Positions 39,595-49,029 of a stretch of DNA of 62,814 nucleotides are shown one piece after another. Under the pieces are notes generated by a model, which made no database searches, had not been told where the DNA came from, and saw only the letters and a program-made list of their open reading frames with translations. Made by a program: the position numbers and the translations under genes. Source of the DNA: a virus (taxonomy: Duplodnaviria > Caudoviricetes); IMG/VR virus record IMGVR_UViG_3300048592_000297, positions 1 through 62,814 of that record; one strand, written 5' to 3'. How positions within the stretch are numbered: position 1 is the first letter of the stretch; each line of letters starts with the position of its first letter.

Positions 39595-39610
39595 ATAGGT
39601 ATCCTTTCAA

Positions 39611-39626
39611 TTGCAAATGATAGCAA
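39611..39626. promoter_or_regulatory. Intergenic copy of the TTGC-N8-GCAA motif
   Basis: TTGCAAATGATAGCAA fills the short gap directly upstream of the RBS of 38593-39594. Confidence 0.6.
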
Positions 39627-39631
39627 ACACA

Positions 39632-40066
39632 TCATACCGTAATTAGCCGCAGACTTCCAATGAACCAGTTGTCTGTCGTCAACTGCATCGCCCGCAGCGG
39701 CGCAAAATCAACAGCGGGGGACTCATGATGTGCAAACACAACTTCATACTCCTCAGTAAAGAACGTGAGCTTGAACCGCTGGTTGGAGTCGGAAATAGCT
39801 GCCCACTCCAGCAACGGCTCAAGATGAGCCCACTTTAACCACCCGTGTTCGTTTGTCGCGGACAAGGTGATTGTTCGCCCATTCAGCAAGCCCGCCCTGA
39901 AAACGACCAGACCGCCTCCAAGAGTCCTGTAAGCGCTGGAACCTACAGAATGCGACGCGAAGCGGTCTGTCCACTGCATCGCATTGTTTAGTGGCACTAC
40001 AACAAGCGAGGAGAGGTTCTGCAGCGTAATATCACCAAACGCTATCCCATTAACGTAGGTAGTCAT
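39632..40066 (-). CDS. Distal tail-like protein
   Basis: Follows the tape measure; W.D..RTLGG..GRTITL. Confidence 0.7.
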   Translation of the reverse strand: MTTYVNGIAFGDITLQNLSSLVVVPLNNAMQWTDRFASHSVGSSAYRTLGGGLVVFRAGLLNGRTITLSATNEHGWLKWAHLEPLLEWAAISDSNQRFKLTFFTEEYEVVFAHHESPAVDFAPLRAMQLTTDNWFIGSLRLITV

Positions 40067-43000
40067 CGCTGCCCTCCCCGACCTAGTGCTACTACAGCCC
40101 GCTTCAGCCTCTCGACCTCGTCCCGGCTACCGCTAAGGCGTGCAGCGCCTTCCGGCAATCTGAGGACTACATCCACAATATCTCGCCCGCCGGTGACAAG
40201 CCCGCCACTAGCATATGCCGGTAGCCCCAACCGCCGTGCCCCGCTCATCGCCTGCAGCGACTCGAAGAACCCTGCCCCAAACTTGCGGACAGTCGCCGCG
40301 TCCATCACATACTCGCCATTCGACAAGCGAGCGAGTATCGAATCCGATGTCCCAGTCCCAGGCCCGCGAACGAAACCGCCTGTTGCAAGCCCCTCCGCGT
40401 TGAGTATGCCACCGACATCCCCAGTCAACTTCGGCTTTAGCCGCAGTTCGTAAGTCTTGTCTAACAGGCGCGAAAGAGCGGTGTCTAGCACCTCCGGGTC
40501 AGGTTCGAGCGCCAACTTGTACTGAGCCGTCTCCTTTCCTTCTCCAGACGTAGCCGACAAATCATTCAGAAGTCGGGCGAGGCCCTCCACTTCGGCTTTG
40601 TCAGGGATCAGCCCTTCAGCGAGGCGTGAACGAGTGTTGCCTGCCTTTATCAGATTCTGCAGCATCTCATTAAACGCAGTGATGTTCGCCGGCCCTAGCC
40701 ACCCTTCATTGGCGGCAATGAACTGCTGGACAAATCCCTTGGCGCTCGCCTCCATCTCACGTAGATGTGTGCTTGAAATCCCCAAACGATCCGCAAGCGT
40801 AGCGGCAGACTTAGTCGCATCGTCAGCCTTGGTAGCAAAGCTGTTGAACAACTCAACCGCAGCTTTGTTCGCCTCGGCACTGTTGTTCGCGGCAGTGATT
40901 AGTCGAGTCGTGATGGGCGCAGCCTCAGCAGCCATATCCACCAATAGCTTGCCCATCGCCTCTATTTCTGCTTCCGAGATCGTGAACCGACTTCCGCTGA
41001 GATCCCCGGAAAACTCACTCAATGTCCCAGCGCCCTTGGATGCGGCCTGAACCAGCCGCGTCAGCTCGTCGTAGCCGTTCTTGAGCGCAGTATTTAGCGC
41101 GGCTGCTTGGTTGTTCATCCGGTCGAGAGTTTCAATCTCCTCGGCACTGCTAGGCCCTTCACCGAACTCTTCTCGTACCCGCTGAATTGCTTTCGTTTGC
41201 AATTCTGCGTCCCTCAACAGCTTGTTGTATCGTTCTTGCTGCCGCAAAACAGCATCGTTAAGGGCTTTCTGCTTAACCCGCAGCGCGTTATCGGACGCGA
41301 GCGTCCTATTCAGCTCGGTACGTTCTTCGACCCTAATTCCAGTTCGCTGAACTCGCTTCAGAGTCCGTTCGAGATCCTCCTCAATCGCTCGCAGATCGAG
41401 GTCAACCTTCAGATCAATCTGCCGTTCCTCCACCCCACGCCGAAGCTCATCAACAATCTTCTGAGCACCTAGAATGGTAGCCCTAACAGACAGATTGATG
41501 TTGTCGAACAGCCCCTTGATCGACTTCTGGGTCGATGTGACGCGAATCTGAAACTCGTCCATAGAATCAAGCTGGGCACGAAAAAATGCAGCGCGGAGAA
41601 CGTTCTCGCTCAACTCGTCCCGTGCCGATTTGCGTGCGGCTTGCGCACCAGCGTCAACTTCGCTTCGATACCTTGTGGCAAGGTCGGTGACTGTTTTCCA
41701 CGATTCCTCCGTCAATGCCAACGCCGCAGAAACTGCCGGTCCGCCAATGGCCTCACTAAGCCCTTCAAGAGCCTTATCGGTTGCGGGACCAAGCTCACGT
41801 ATAACCCGCTCGGCCTGCTGCGCTTTCAACAATGCCTCACCGAATTGCGAAAGGGTTGCCGTCCCAAAAACAGATCCAGTATCTTGAGCTTCGACTTTCG
41901 CTGTTCCGCGCGACGCGTCGGACAGCAACCGTCGTGCCGCGTCAACTTGACGCGCTCGCGTCAGCAACAGGAGCTGCTCGTCGTCAAGTACAGTAGCGAG
42001 GCCCTTAATTTGTCTTTGCAGAACCTCAGCGGCTTGTGCCCGCCGCAATTCTGCTTCCTGTATTTTGTTCTGCACCGCATCCGCCGCTGCAGAAAACGTA
42101 GCATACTTTTGCGATAAGGATTCTATCGCCGCGTCGGCCGCAACGGTATCGGCTGTCAGCGCTGCAATCTGCGTAGAATTGCCTAGCGGATCGACACCGC
42201 TAAGCGTGTTCACTGTCAGAGTTCGCGCGGCCGATTCTTCGCCGAGCTTCGCCATCTCTGCGCGAACGCTTTCCACTTCCTTGACAATCCCTTCCCACTG
42301 AAGCCGGTAAACGCGAATCTGCTCCTCCGATCCGCGCAAAATCTGTTGCAGTCGGCTCGCGTTGATAATTGCAGTCTCTACCTGCCCTTCGAGCCCGGAC
42401 ATGCCTTCACCTTCGGCCACCAAGTCCGGCACAACTACTTCCGGCATACCATCGCCAATTGCGACAAGAGCTTCCTGATACTCAGACAACAGCTTCTTGC
42501 TCTTTTCCAGTTCTTCGCGCAGTCTGGCGTTCGCTTCGCTTGCTGTCCCCGGCGGGAATCCGAAAAACTCTCTAACAGCGTTACGGAAGCCAGTGGACGA
42601 CGCAAACAACGCAGTAACGGAGGCAATCACGACCGCTATCGCCACCCCCCACGGACCAAGCGCCGCCCCAACCCGCGTAACAACACTAGCTATCAACGCA
42701 AGAGCGCCACGCAATCCATTCAACAACGGAGCCAGAGCTGGGAACCGCTTTAGCAGCGCAAGCAATATGTCGTCGAGCTTCGTATAGACCTTTACCAGAA
42801 TGTCGCCAAGACGCGCAGCAATGCCTACATAGGTTTTTGTTGTTACGCCTGTTGCCGCGACTGTAGTTGTAATCGTGCCGAACGCCCGCGCCAGCCCGAT
42901 CAACCCTTTGATGATCTTAGCGCCGAACAGAAGCGAAAGCGCGGTGATAAGAACCTCAATGTCCGGCAAGATCGTAACAAGCGCCACGGACAGCGTCGCA

Positions 43001-44157
43001 AACGTCTCGGACGCCTGCAACAGGTTTTCCGCAATTGCGTTAACTCGGTCGCTTAGTGCAGGGTCGTCTGCAAACGCATGCAAACGCTCTACAATATCGG
43101 CTATAGCAGGCAAAAACTTCTGGCCTGCCGCCACGGCAAGATCAACAAACTTCGCCGTCAGAATCTCAACTTGCCGAGACGTTGACAACGCCTGTCTATC
43201 AAACTCAATCTGCGCACTGTTGCCTAGAAGATAGGCAGCGGCAGCATCCTCCAAAGAACGAGTCAGAATCTTCCCGCCATTCGCAGCGTCTTCGATGGTG
43301 CGTTCTGCAAACGCGGCTTGCCGACCTTCACCAAACAACTCCTTGATAGCGGTGCTGCGAGCAACCCGATCCATCTCAGAGATTCTTAGCTGCACATCAC
43401 GAAGCGTCTGCAGCGCATCTGTGTCCAGCCTCGACACCCACTCTTTTGTGGAGATCCTCATCACCTTGGCAAAGGCTTCTGCCTTGGTTGCCATATTCGC
43501 GAACGTCTTCGCGATAGCAGTACCGCTTACCTCAGTCGTTTGGCCAAGCTCAAGTGCTTGTGCCGCTAACGCGGCAGTTTCGACGATTCCTAGCAGACCG
43601 CCAGCAGACCCTACCCGCCGGGTAACGTCAGCGATTTCTGCGGCAGTGGCAACCGTAGTATCCGAGAGTCTGTTGTAGACAGAAGCAAGCCGCTCGGCTT
43701 GCGTGATGGGGATGTCAAACAGGTTGCTTGTCTTGGCGATAGTTGTCGCAGCTTCTTCCACCGACAGTTCGGCAACGGAACTAAACCGCGCAACAGTCTC
43801 AGTGAAGGCTTCTACGGCTTCCCGACCCTGAGAAGCCACACCCAACTGTCCGGCTATTTCAGCGATAGACGCAAGATCGGTTGCGGCAATGCCGGTAGCC
43901 CTAGACATCTCGCGCAGCGAGTTAGCCAGAAGATCGAGCGATTGCGAGGTGTAGCCGGTAGTCTTACCGACCAGCACCATCGCCTTCTCGAACTCGATGG
44001 CTTTGGCAATCGGGAATCCGATAACGCCAACAGCGGCCGTCAACGACGCTACAGCGCCCACAAGTCGAATAATTGAGGATTCAACCTGCTTGAAGACTTT
44101 CGAGGCTTCATCAACCCCGAAGACAGTTATGCCAAGGGCATTCTGGTTGTTAGCCAT
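40063..44157 (-). CDS. Tail tape measure protein (TP901 family)
   Basis: AIEFEKAM.LVGKTT..AGQLG; Ala-rich helical; C-terminal ATGGFVRGPGTGTSDSILARLSNGEYV. Confidence 0.95.
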   Translation of the reverse strand: MANNQNALGITVFGVDEASKVFKQVESSIIRLVGAVASLTAAVGVIGFPIAKAIEFEKAMVLVGKTTGYTSQSLDLLANSLREMSRATGIAATDLASIAEIAGQLGVASQGREAVEAFTETVARFSSVAELSVEEAATTIAKTSNLFDIPITQAERLASVYNRLSDTTVATAAEIADVTRRVGSAGGLLGIVETAALAAQALELGQTTEVSGTAIAKTFANMATKAEAFAKVMRISTKEWVSRLDTDALQTLRDVQLRISEMDRVARSTAIKELFGEGRQAAFAERTIEDAANGGKILTRSLEDAAAAYLLGNSAQIEFDRQALSTSRQVEILTAKFVDLAVAAGQKFLPAIADIVERLHAFADDPALSDRVNAIAENLLQASETFATLSVALVTILPDIEVLITALSLLFGAKIIKGLIGLARAFGTITTTVAATGVTTKTYVGIAARLGDILVKVYTKLDDILLALLKRFPALAPLLNGLRGALALIASVVTRVGAALGPWGVAIAVVIASVTALFASSTGFRNAVREFFGFPPGTASEANARLREELEKSKKLLSEYQEALVAIGDGMPEVVVPDLVAEGEGMSGLEGQVETAIINASRLQQILRGSEEQIRVYRLQWEGIVKEVESVRAEMAKLGEESAARTLTVNTLSGVDPLGNSTQIAALTADTVAADAAIESLSQKYATFSAAADAVQNKIQEAELRRAQAAEVLQRQIKGLATVLDDEQLLLLTRARQVDAARRLLSDASRGTAKVEAQDTGSVFGTATLSQFGEALLKAQQAERVIRELGPATDKALEGLSEAIGGPAVSAALALTEESWKTVTDLATRYRSEVDAGAQAARKSARDELSENVLRAAFFRAQLDSMDEFQIRVTSTQKSIKGLFDNINLSVRATILGAQKIVDELRRGVEERQIDLKVDLDLRAIEEDLERTLKRVQRTGIRVEERTELNRTLASDNALRVKQKALNDAVLRQQERYNKLLRDAELQTKAIQRVREEFGEGPSSAEEIETLDRMNNQAAALNTALKNGYDELTRLVQAASKGAGTLSEFSGDLSGSRFTISEAEIEAMGKLLVDMAAEAAPITTRLITAANNSAEANKAAVELFNSFATKADDATKSAATLADRLGISSTHLREMEASAKGFVQQFIAANEGWLGPANITAFNEMLQNLIKAGNTRSRLAEGLIPDKAEVEGLARLLNDLSATSGEGKETAQYKLALEPDPEVLDTALSRLLDKTYELRLKPKLTGDVGGILNAEGLATGGFVRGPGTGTSDSILARLSNGEYVMDAATVRKFGAGFFESLQAMSGARRLGLPAYASGGLVTGGRDIVDVVLRLPEGAARLSGSRDEVERLKRAVVALGRGGQR

Positions 44158-44494
44158 CGAAGGCACTCCTGATGATGGCGTCCAGCGTGTCTATGTGTTC
44201 TTTCAGCGGGGAATCCTTACTCTTTCCACCGCTTAAGATACCTGCAACCGCGAAGGATATGTCAGTAACAAAATCCTGCCGTTGTCTGTAGTAGCGTCTT
44301 CGCACCCCTTTCAAGATCAATTTGAACTTGGGGTAGGGCCACTTGTAGAGCACATCGTGCTCGCGGAATCCTGCCCCTACCAGATCGACTACACCATCAA
44401 CAATGTCTCGCGCTAGTGCTTGTCGGTTTGTCAACTTTCTCGCTTTCTTATTCCCTTTCCCGGCTTCGCGACTGGCGCGAGCCTGCGCCATCAT
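44150..44494 (-). CDS. Tail assembly chaperone, frameshift extension (gpT-like)
   Basis: In the -1 frame relative to the upstream chaperone and open back to the T8 slippery run. Confidence 0.75.
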   Translation of the reverse strand: MMAQARASREAGKGNKKARKLTNRQALARDIVDGVVDLVGAGFREHDVLYKWPYPKFKLILKGVRRRYYRQRQDFVTDISFAVAGILSGGKSKDSPLKEHIDTLDAIIRSAFDG

Positions 44495-44934
44495 CAGCTC
44501 GTGGCGGGCTTTTGGAGTGAGAGCGTCGGGATCAGCTTGCTCACTCTCCTCGAAAAAAAACTCTCATTTACCCGCCACACTGCCATCGCAACCAGAAGAA
44601 GATGATCCAACTCCAGCTCGTTCAACTCCTCGCGCGACAGCGAAGTAAGCTCCTGCAGCAACAGGACTACCCTTGGGTATGCCTGCAGCACCGCTTTGAA
44701 AAACTCCGCAGGGTCTTTCATCGCTGTTGCTATCGTATGCAAATCCTTGAAGTCGCCGATCTTGAAGTGCTCAATCAGCGTCTTCACAAGATCGATAATG
44801 CTGTACAACTGGACTGTCGTAACCCGCCTGATGCGCACACTCTTGTGCGGGCCTACATCCAGGACCGGCTCCGGCATCTCGATCAGAGCTTCGAAGAATG
44901 CCTGAAGATCAATGTCTGGTTGTTCGTCGCTCAT
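44494..44934 (-). CDS. Tail assembly chaperone (gpG-like)
   Basis: Between major tail and tape measure genes; ends ..VNESFF at the slippery site. Confidence 0.8.
   Translation of the reverse strand: MSDEQPDIDLQAFFEALIEMPEPVLDVGPHKSVRIRRVTTVQLYSIIDLVKTLIEHFKIGDFKDLHTIATAMKDPAEFFKAVLQAYPRVVLLLQELTSLSREELNELELDHLLLVAMAVWRVNESFFSRRVSKLIPTLSLQKPATS
44553..44560 (-). other. Programmed -1 frameshift slippery site
   Basis: AGT TTT TTT TCG on - strand; the -1 frame reads FEESEQAD..ELMMAQ into 44150-44494. Confidence 0.8.
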
Positions 44935-44957
44935 ACACCGTTTCTCCTAGTACACCT

Positions 44958-44987
44958 AAACGCAAAAGCGCCCACACGGGGCGCTCT
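44958..44987 (-). terminator. Terminator after the major tail gene
   Basis: AGCGCCC-CGTGT-GGGCGCT-TTTGCGTTT. Confidence 0.75.
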
Positions 44988-45007
44988 GCGCATCCGCTAT
45001 GTTTCCG

Positions 45008-45775
45008 TTACGATACCGCTTGAGTGCGTCGCTCGATGAAGAACGCCGAGCCTTCCCTCGCCAGCGCAAGGGTGTCGTACAGGATAGTACCAGCCACCGT
45101 CAACTGTGCAATGTCGTCGTTGATGAGGCCGAAGTTCTGGGCCGGGTCCAGCTCGGCCTTGAAGATGTCCACGATCACCGCCTCGCCATCAACGGTGTTG
45201 ATGCCCTCGAACCGGAGATACTTCTCGACACGGGTCTTGGTAAACGCCGACACCTTGAAGTGGCTGAGGTAGGTGTAGGAAACACTCAGATCCTCTGGAA
45301 CGCCTTGCGCGGACGCTTCCAACAGCGTGATGGTGCCGTTGACGTAGTCGATGGTGTAGTCCGTGTCCTCCACAAGAGTGGTGGGCACTTCATTCTCCAC
45401 TACCGGAGAAACAGCGTCGTTCAGGTTGACATGATCAAGCAGGTACTTGACCCCCTTCGTCGTCACCGGAACGATCTCGTCCACAACCGCCGCGCCAGTG
45501 ACGGTTGTGGAATCCCCGAAAAACGCCAGCGCCAGATTCTCGGACGAGAGGGATTCCAGCACCATCGAGAACGAGCCTTTGGTCTCCTGAATCGTAGTGT
45601 GGTCGATACCGCGCGAGCCAGACTCCGACTCCTTGTGTTCTGCCTTCGTGACTTCGATGGACAGCTCCAACGTGGGCACGTTTCCAATCGGAACAAGCCC
45701 GTCCGGCCTGCCGGTGGTTTCGTCACGGTCGCCAACGTACAGCGACCCTTGACCAGAGTAGTAGTAGTTTGACAT
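45008..45775 (-). CDS. Major tail (tube) protein
   Basis: YYSGQG..IGNV..EHKES.SG..ENLALA..LRFEGINT. Confidence 0.9.
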   Translation of the reverse strand: MSNYYYSGQGSLYVGDRDETTGRPDGLVPIGNVPTLELSIEVTKAEHKESESGSRGIDHTTIQETKGSFSMVLESLSSENLALAFFGDSTTVTGAAVVDEIVPVTTKGVKYLLDHVNLNDAVSPVVENEVPTTLVEDTDYTIDYVNGTITLLEASAQGVPEDLSVSYTYLSHFKVSAFTKTRVEKYLRFEGINTVDGEAVIVDIFKAELDPAQNFGLINDDIAQLTVAGTILYDTLALAREGSAFFIERRTQAVS

Positions 45776-45793
45776 GATCCCATCTCCAGAGTG

Positions 45794-46264
45794 TTATACA
45801 GAATTACCCTTTTCGATACAGGAGGTCGCCCACACCTGCTCGTAGAAGATCACTCCTACGATGTTCGAATCCAGCCGAGATTCAGCAAGAAATCTCCACG
45901 GGCGACCGCCGACTCCTTGGAACCCCATCAACCTACCACGTACCCCGTCAAGCAAGTCCGTCGCCACCGGCATCGTGTTCTCAGCATCTACCCAATTATA
46001 CTCCACCCCGATCAAAATGGAAAACCGTTTCTCTACAAGGGCAGAGTCTACCGGACCACGCCCCTTTCCAGATGCCCCGACTACGTTGTTCTGGACAGGC
46101 TCAGCTCCGATATAGGCGACGCACGCTAGCGGGTACGATAGTCCTTGCTCGATCATGTCCGTGACTTCTTCGATACTGTAAATCGTGTACCCTCGGCCAC
46201 GGAAGTCGCTAATAGCGGTAACCTCAGTTACCAACTCTGTGAGCAGATCAGCGACTCTGCTCAC
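45794..46264 (-). CDS. Tail terminator-like protein
   Basis: Position before the major tail gene; YP.ACVAY.G..LLDGVRGRLMG. Confidence 0.7.
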   Translation of the reverse strand: MSRVADLLTELVTEVTAISDFRGRGYTIYSIEEVTDMIEQGLSYPLACVAYIGAEPVQNNVVGASGKGRGPVDSALVEKRFSILIGVEYNWVDAENTMPVATDLLDGVRGRLMGFQGVGGRPWRFLAESRLDSNIVGVIFYEQVWATSCIEKGNSV

Positions 46265-46842
46265 AACGACTGAATCTCGTCTCGAATCTGGTCACGCATC
46301 GACTTCAGCACATCGTCTGCGTCTTTCTTGGTGATGCCCAAAAACTCGCGTGGCGGTATTCGATGACCACGAATACCCGGCAAGAACGACATCCCGCCTT
46401 TCTGCATGATGGTGCCCCAGATCGAGGCCGGGCCAACGACACCAATCCGAAAACCTGCGCCAGTGTTCTTCTTCAACGGGGTTCTCTCGCCCTTACCAAC
46501 GCGCTTGATAGAGTCGCGTAGCAACCCGGTATTAACCAGAACTTGGCTTCTGGTAGGGCGGAGGACAGCACCGCCTGTCGGCGCGGTGGTGCGTGGAAAG
46601 TTACCAGCAACAATTGCCCTCCACGGATGGCCCTTCAGGTCTCGTTTTGTCGTGAACCGCCGACGTATGCGCTCGATCAGCATGTCGCTAACCACATTAC
46701 GCTGGTCGGTAAGTGTGGCGCCTATTGCAGCCGTAATGGTCCTGAAATTGGCAGAAATCTGGCGCATCCCAGAAATCGACGCCCCGCTACGTCCTTTGCC
46801 CTTTGGCTTTACTGCGTCTTGTAGTACAGGCTTAGCGGCCAT
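46261..46842 (-). CDS. Virion morphogenesis / tail completion protein
   Basis: RRRF..G.PW..LVNTGLLRDSI..IPPREFLG. Confidence 0.8.
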   Translation of the reverse strand: MAAKPVLQDAVKPKGKGRSGASISGMRQISANFRTITAAIGATLTDQRNVVSDMLIERIRRRFTTKRDLKGHPWRAIVAGNFPRTTAPTGGAVLRPTRSQVLVNTGLLRDSIKRVGKGERTPLKKNTGAGFRIGVVGPASIWGTIMQKGGMSFLPGIRGHRIPPREFLGITKKDADDVLKSMRDQIRDEIQSL

Positions 46843-46843
46843 A

Positions 46844-47512
46844 TCATCCGACCTCAGAACTCTCAGCAATTGCGCCGGTTAGGAAGGATCGAATCAGGGA
46901 CGCATACACATCCCTCGCGCTGTAGGACAAGTCGGTGATGTTGAACTCATCCTTCGTCTTCGGACGTGGACCGCTCCCTACCCGCAGCATGCGAAGCGCC
47001 AAGATCATCGCGGCATGTTTGACCTTCGGGTGTACTCCTGTTGCAACGCCGTCATCGCCTTCGGCAAACCCAGCGGTGTACCGAACCGCAACAGTACGAC
47101 GTAGGCCTACGATGACATCGGGGTAGTACACGAAGACTCGTCCTTTCTGAGCGTCAACACTATATTTCAGTTCGGACAGTTTCGACACATTCGAGTCCGT
47201 GACTCGGACAATTCCAACGTCGTCTTCAGTCGCAGACTCAATGTCTGCAGCGTAGACAGAAACATCCTCGTTTGCGTCGAGAAACCCTTGCGTCAAGTTG
47301 AGGATATATTGCGGACTACTTCGGGTTCCGATGTTGCGCACACCAACACCAAAGTAGTCGGTGCGTTCTGCACGGTCGAAATCGGTGTGAATGGAACTAG
47401 CCAACTGAGACGTGACAGTCTCAAGCGCCATCTCCACAGCGGCTGTGTTAGACCCGGCACGCTCCAGAAGACCAGCGAGCGCCAGCGTGTCTGCTGCATT
47501 GGCTAGTTTCAT
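46844..47512 (-). CDS. Head-tail adaptor
   Basis: YSVDAQKGRV..VRYTAGF..VKHAA. Confidence 0.75.
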   Translation of the reverse strand: MKLANAADTLALAGLLERAGSNTAAVEMALETVTSQLASSIHTDFDRAERTDYFGVGVRNIGTRSSPQYILNLTQGFLDANEDVSVYAADIESATEDDVGIVRVTDSNVSKLSELKYSVDAQKGRVFVYYPDVIVGLRRTVAVRYTAGFAEGDDGVATGVHPKVKHAAMILALRMLRVGSGPRPKTKDEFNITDLSYSARDVYASLIRSFLTGAIAESSEVG

Positions 47513-47521
47513 CCAAACGAC

Positions 47522-47971
47522 CTACGGTTTCGCAGCGCGAGCGCTGTTTCTCTGCTTTGCCAACGCCTGTTGCTGCTTTACGCTGTCGGCAGTTTCCTGT
47601 CCGGCGATCCCCATGTTGATCGCTTCCTCACGCGCCGCTGCCGCCAGTGCCGAATCTGAAACAAGCGCTACATTACGCACGTCCTTGTCCTTCCAGTACC
47701 TCACCCTTTCCTCAAGGGTTGCAACTCGAAAAACAGGCACATCCTCGTTAATGCGAGGATCGAGCACTCTCGTGCGCAGAAGCCGTTGTGCCATCAACTC
47801 ACCGACACGAATCGTCATGCCCCTGGTGATGACCTTGCCATCGTTCGCGTAAGCGACAACCAGCCTTCGGCATGGTGACCCGTCCATCGTCAGATAACTA
47901 GCGCCATCCGTGTCCGGTGGCATATTAGTCATTGAGTCGTCGCTTACAAATCCAGACCGTCTGCGAGCCAT
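47522..47971 (-). CDS. Hypothetical protein after the capsid gene
   Basis: 149 aa, GAGG RBS. Confidence 0.65.
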   Translation of the reverse strand: MARRRSGFVSDDSMTNMPPDTDGASYLTMDGSPCRRLVVAYANDGKVITRGMTIRVGELMAQRLLRTRVLDPRINEDVPVFRVATLEERVRYWKDKDVRNVALVSDSALAAAAREEAINMGIAGQETADSVKQQQALAKQRNSARAAKP

Positions 47972-47986
47972 ACTGCACCTCTCAAT

Positions 47987-48002
47987 TTGCTAACGATTGC
48001 AC
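47987..48002. promoter_or_regulatory. Intergenic copy of the dispersed motif
   Basis: TTGCTAACGATTGCAC between the post-capsid hairpin and the next RBS. Confidence 0.55.
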
Positions 48003-48010
48003 CTTGATCG

Positions 48011-48038
48011 TCCCTGCAGGCCCGAAAGCCTGCAGGGA
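48011..48038 (-). terminator. Stable hairpin after the capsid gene (terminator or mRNA stabiliser)
   Basis: TCCCTGCAGGC-TTTCGG-GCCTGCAGGGA; no U tail. Confidence 0.6.
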
Positions 48039-48051
48039 TTCTTCCCCCAGG

Positions 48052-48996
48052 TTAGTTGATGTTGATGAGCTTCACCACAGCGGTCTCGTCTTCGTAGACG
48101 ACATCGATCCGTGTGGACAGCACAACCACCAACGTTCGTGCGCGAATGTCGCGCTCCGTCTCCACCATGATCGCACGCTGAATCCCGAAGATGATATTCT
48201 GCGGGAACGTGAACAGGCCAAAGTCGGCCGTCATCTGCGGAACCGCCCGGATCGGCACGCCGAACCCAACCAGCTCGCCCGCCGTCTGCAGGGCCGAGTC
48301 GCCATAGCCGGTAGCCCTCGCGGCCACATTGCTGCGGTAGCGAATCGTGTCGGCGACGGTGTTATAGAACCGCATGCTGCTCAGGTTCCGCAGAAACTTC
48401 TGCGGCATGGCGAGCTGGGCATCGCGATACATGTCAGGCGTCGGACCAGCATTGAGGACGTCAACCACGTTGGAGGTCGCCGACTTCAGCAGCCCGTCCT
48501 GCAGGGCGAGGTAGTCGTCGCCGGACGCGGTGTCCGCCTTGACGATCCACTCCTCCAGATCGAGCGCAGCTCGCTCAGCAATGAGCCGCATCAGGTGCGT
48601 CTCCAGATCCCCACGTTCGATGTTGTCCTCCAGAACTTCATACGGAAGATGAACCTCAGCCATCACTTCCTTCGAGGTGAGTTCGATCTTCGACGTAGTC
48701 GGTTCGGATCGGTCTGCAGCCGCGAGGTGGCGGGTGTTGGTCCCGTCATCGTCAGCGCCGCCCGTCTGTGACGCAGCCTTCATGATCCTCGATGCGAAGC
48801 CAATCTTGTTGATACGCATCGTCGGCGCAGTCATCCGCTGCACGCGGATCTCCCGCATGATCGTAGGCTGTTCGAGGACAAGGTCGATGAACGAATCCGC
48901 CTGCTCCGGCTGGAGCAGGCCCCCATTGGAAGTCAGATCGGAAAGACTGATGTCGGCCCGTTGCAGCACTTCTCTAACACGAGCATTGGTCGGCAT
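48052..48996 (-). CDS. Major capsid protein (XkdG-like, HK97 fold)
   Basis: GGLLQPEQADSFI..LEDNIE..DG.LK..NIIFG; strongly GC3-biased codons. Confidence 0.93.
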   Translation of the reverse strand: MPTNARVREVLQRADISLSDLTSNGGLLQPEQADSFIDLVLEQPTIMREIRVQRMTAPTMRINKIGFASRIMKAASQTGGADDDGTNTRHLAAADRSEPTTSKIELTSKEVMAEVHLPYEVLEDNIERGDLETHLMRLIAERAALDLEEWIVKADTASGDDYLALQDGLLKSATSNVVDVLNAGPTPDMYRDAQLAMPQKFLRNLSSMRFYNTVADTIRYRSNVAARATGYGDSALQTAGELVGFGVPIRAVPQMTADFGLFTFPQNIIFGIQRAIMVETERDIRARTLVVVLSTRIDVVYEDETAVVKLININ

Positions 48997-49029
48997 TGCA
49001 AAATCTCCTGGATTGTTGAATAGTGCGGC

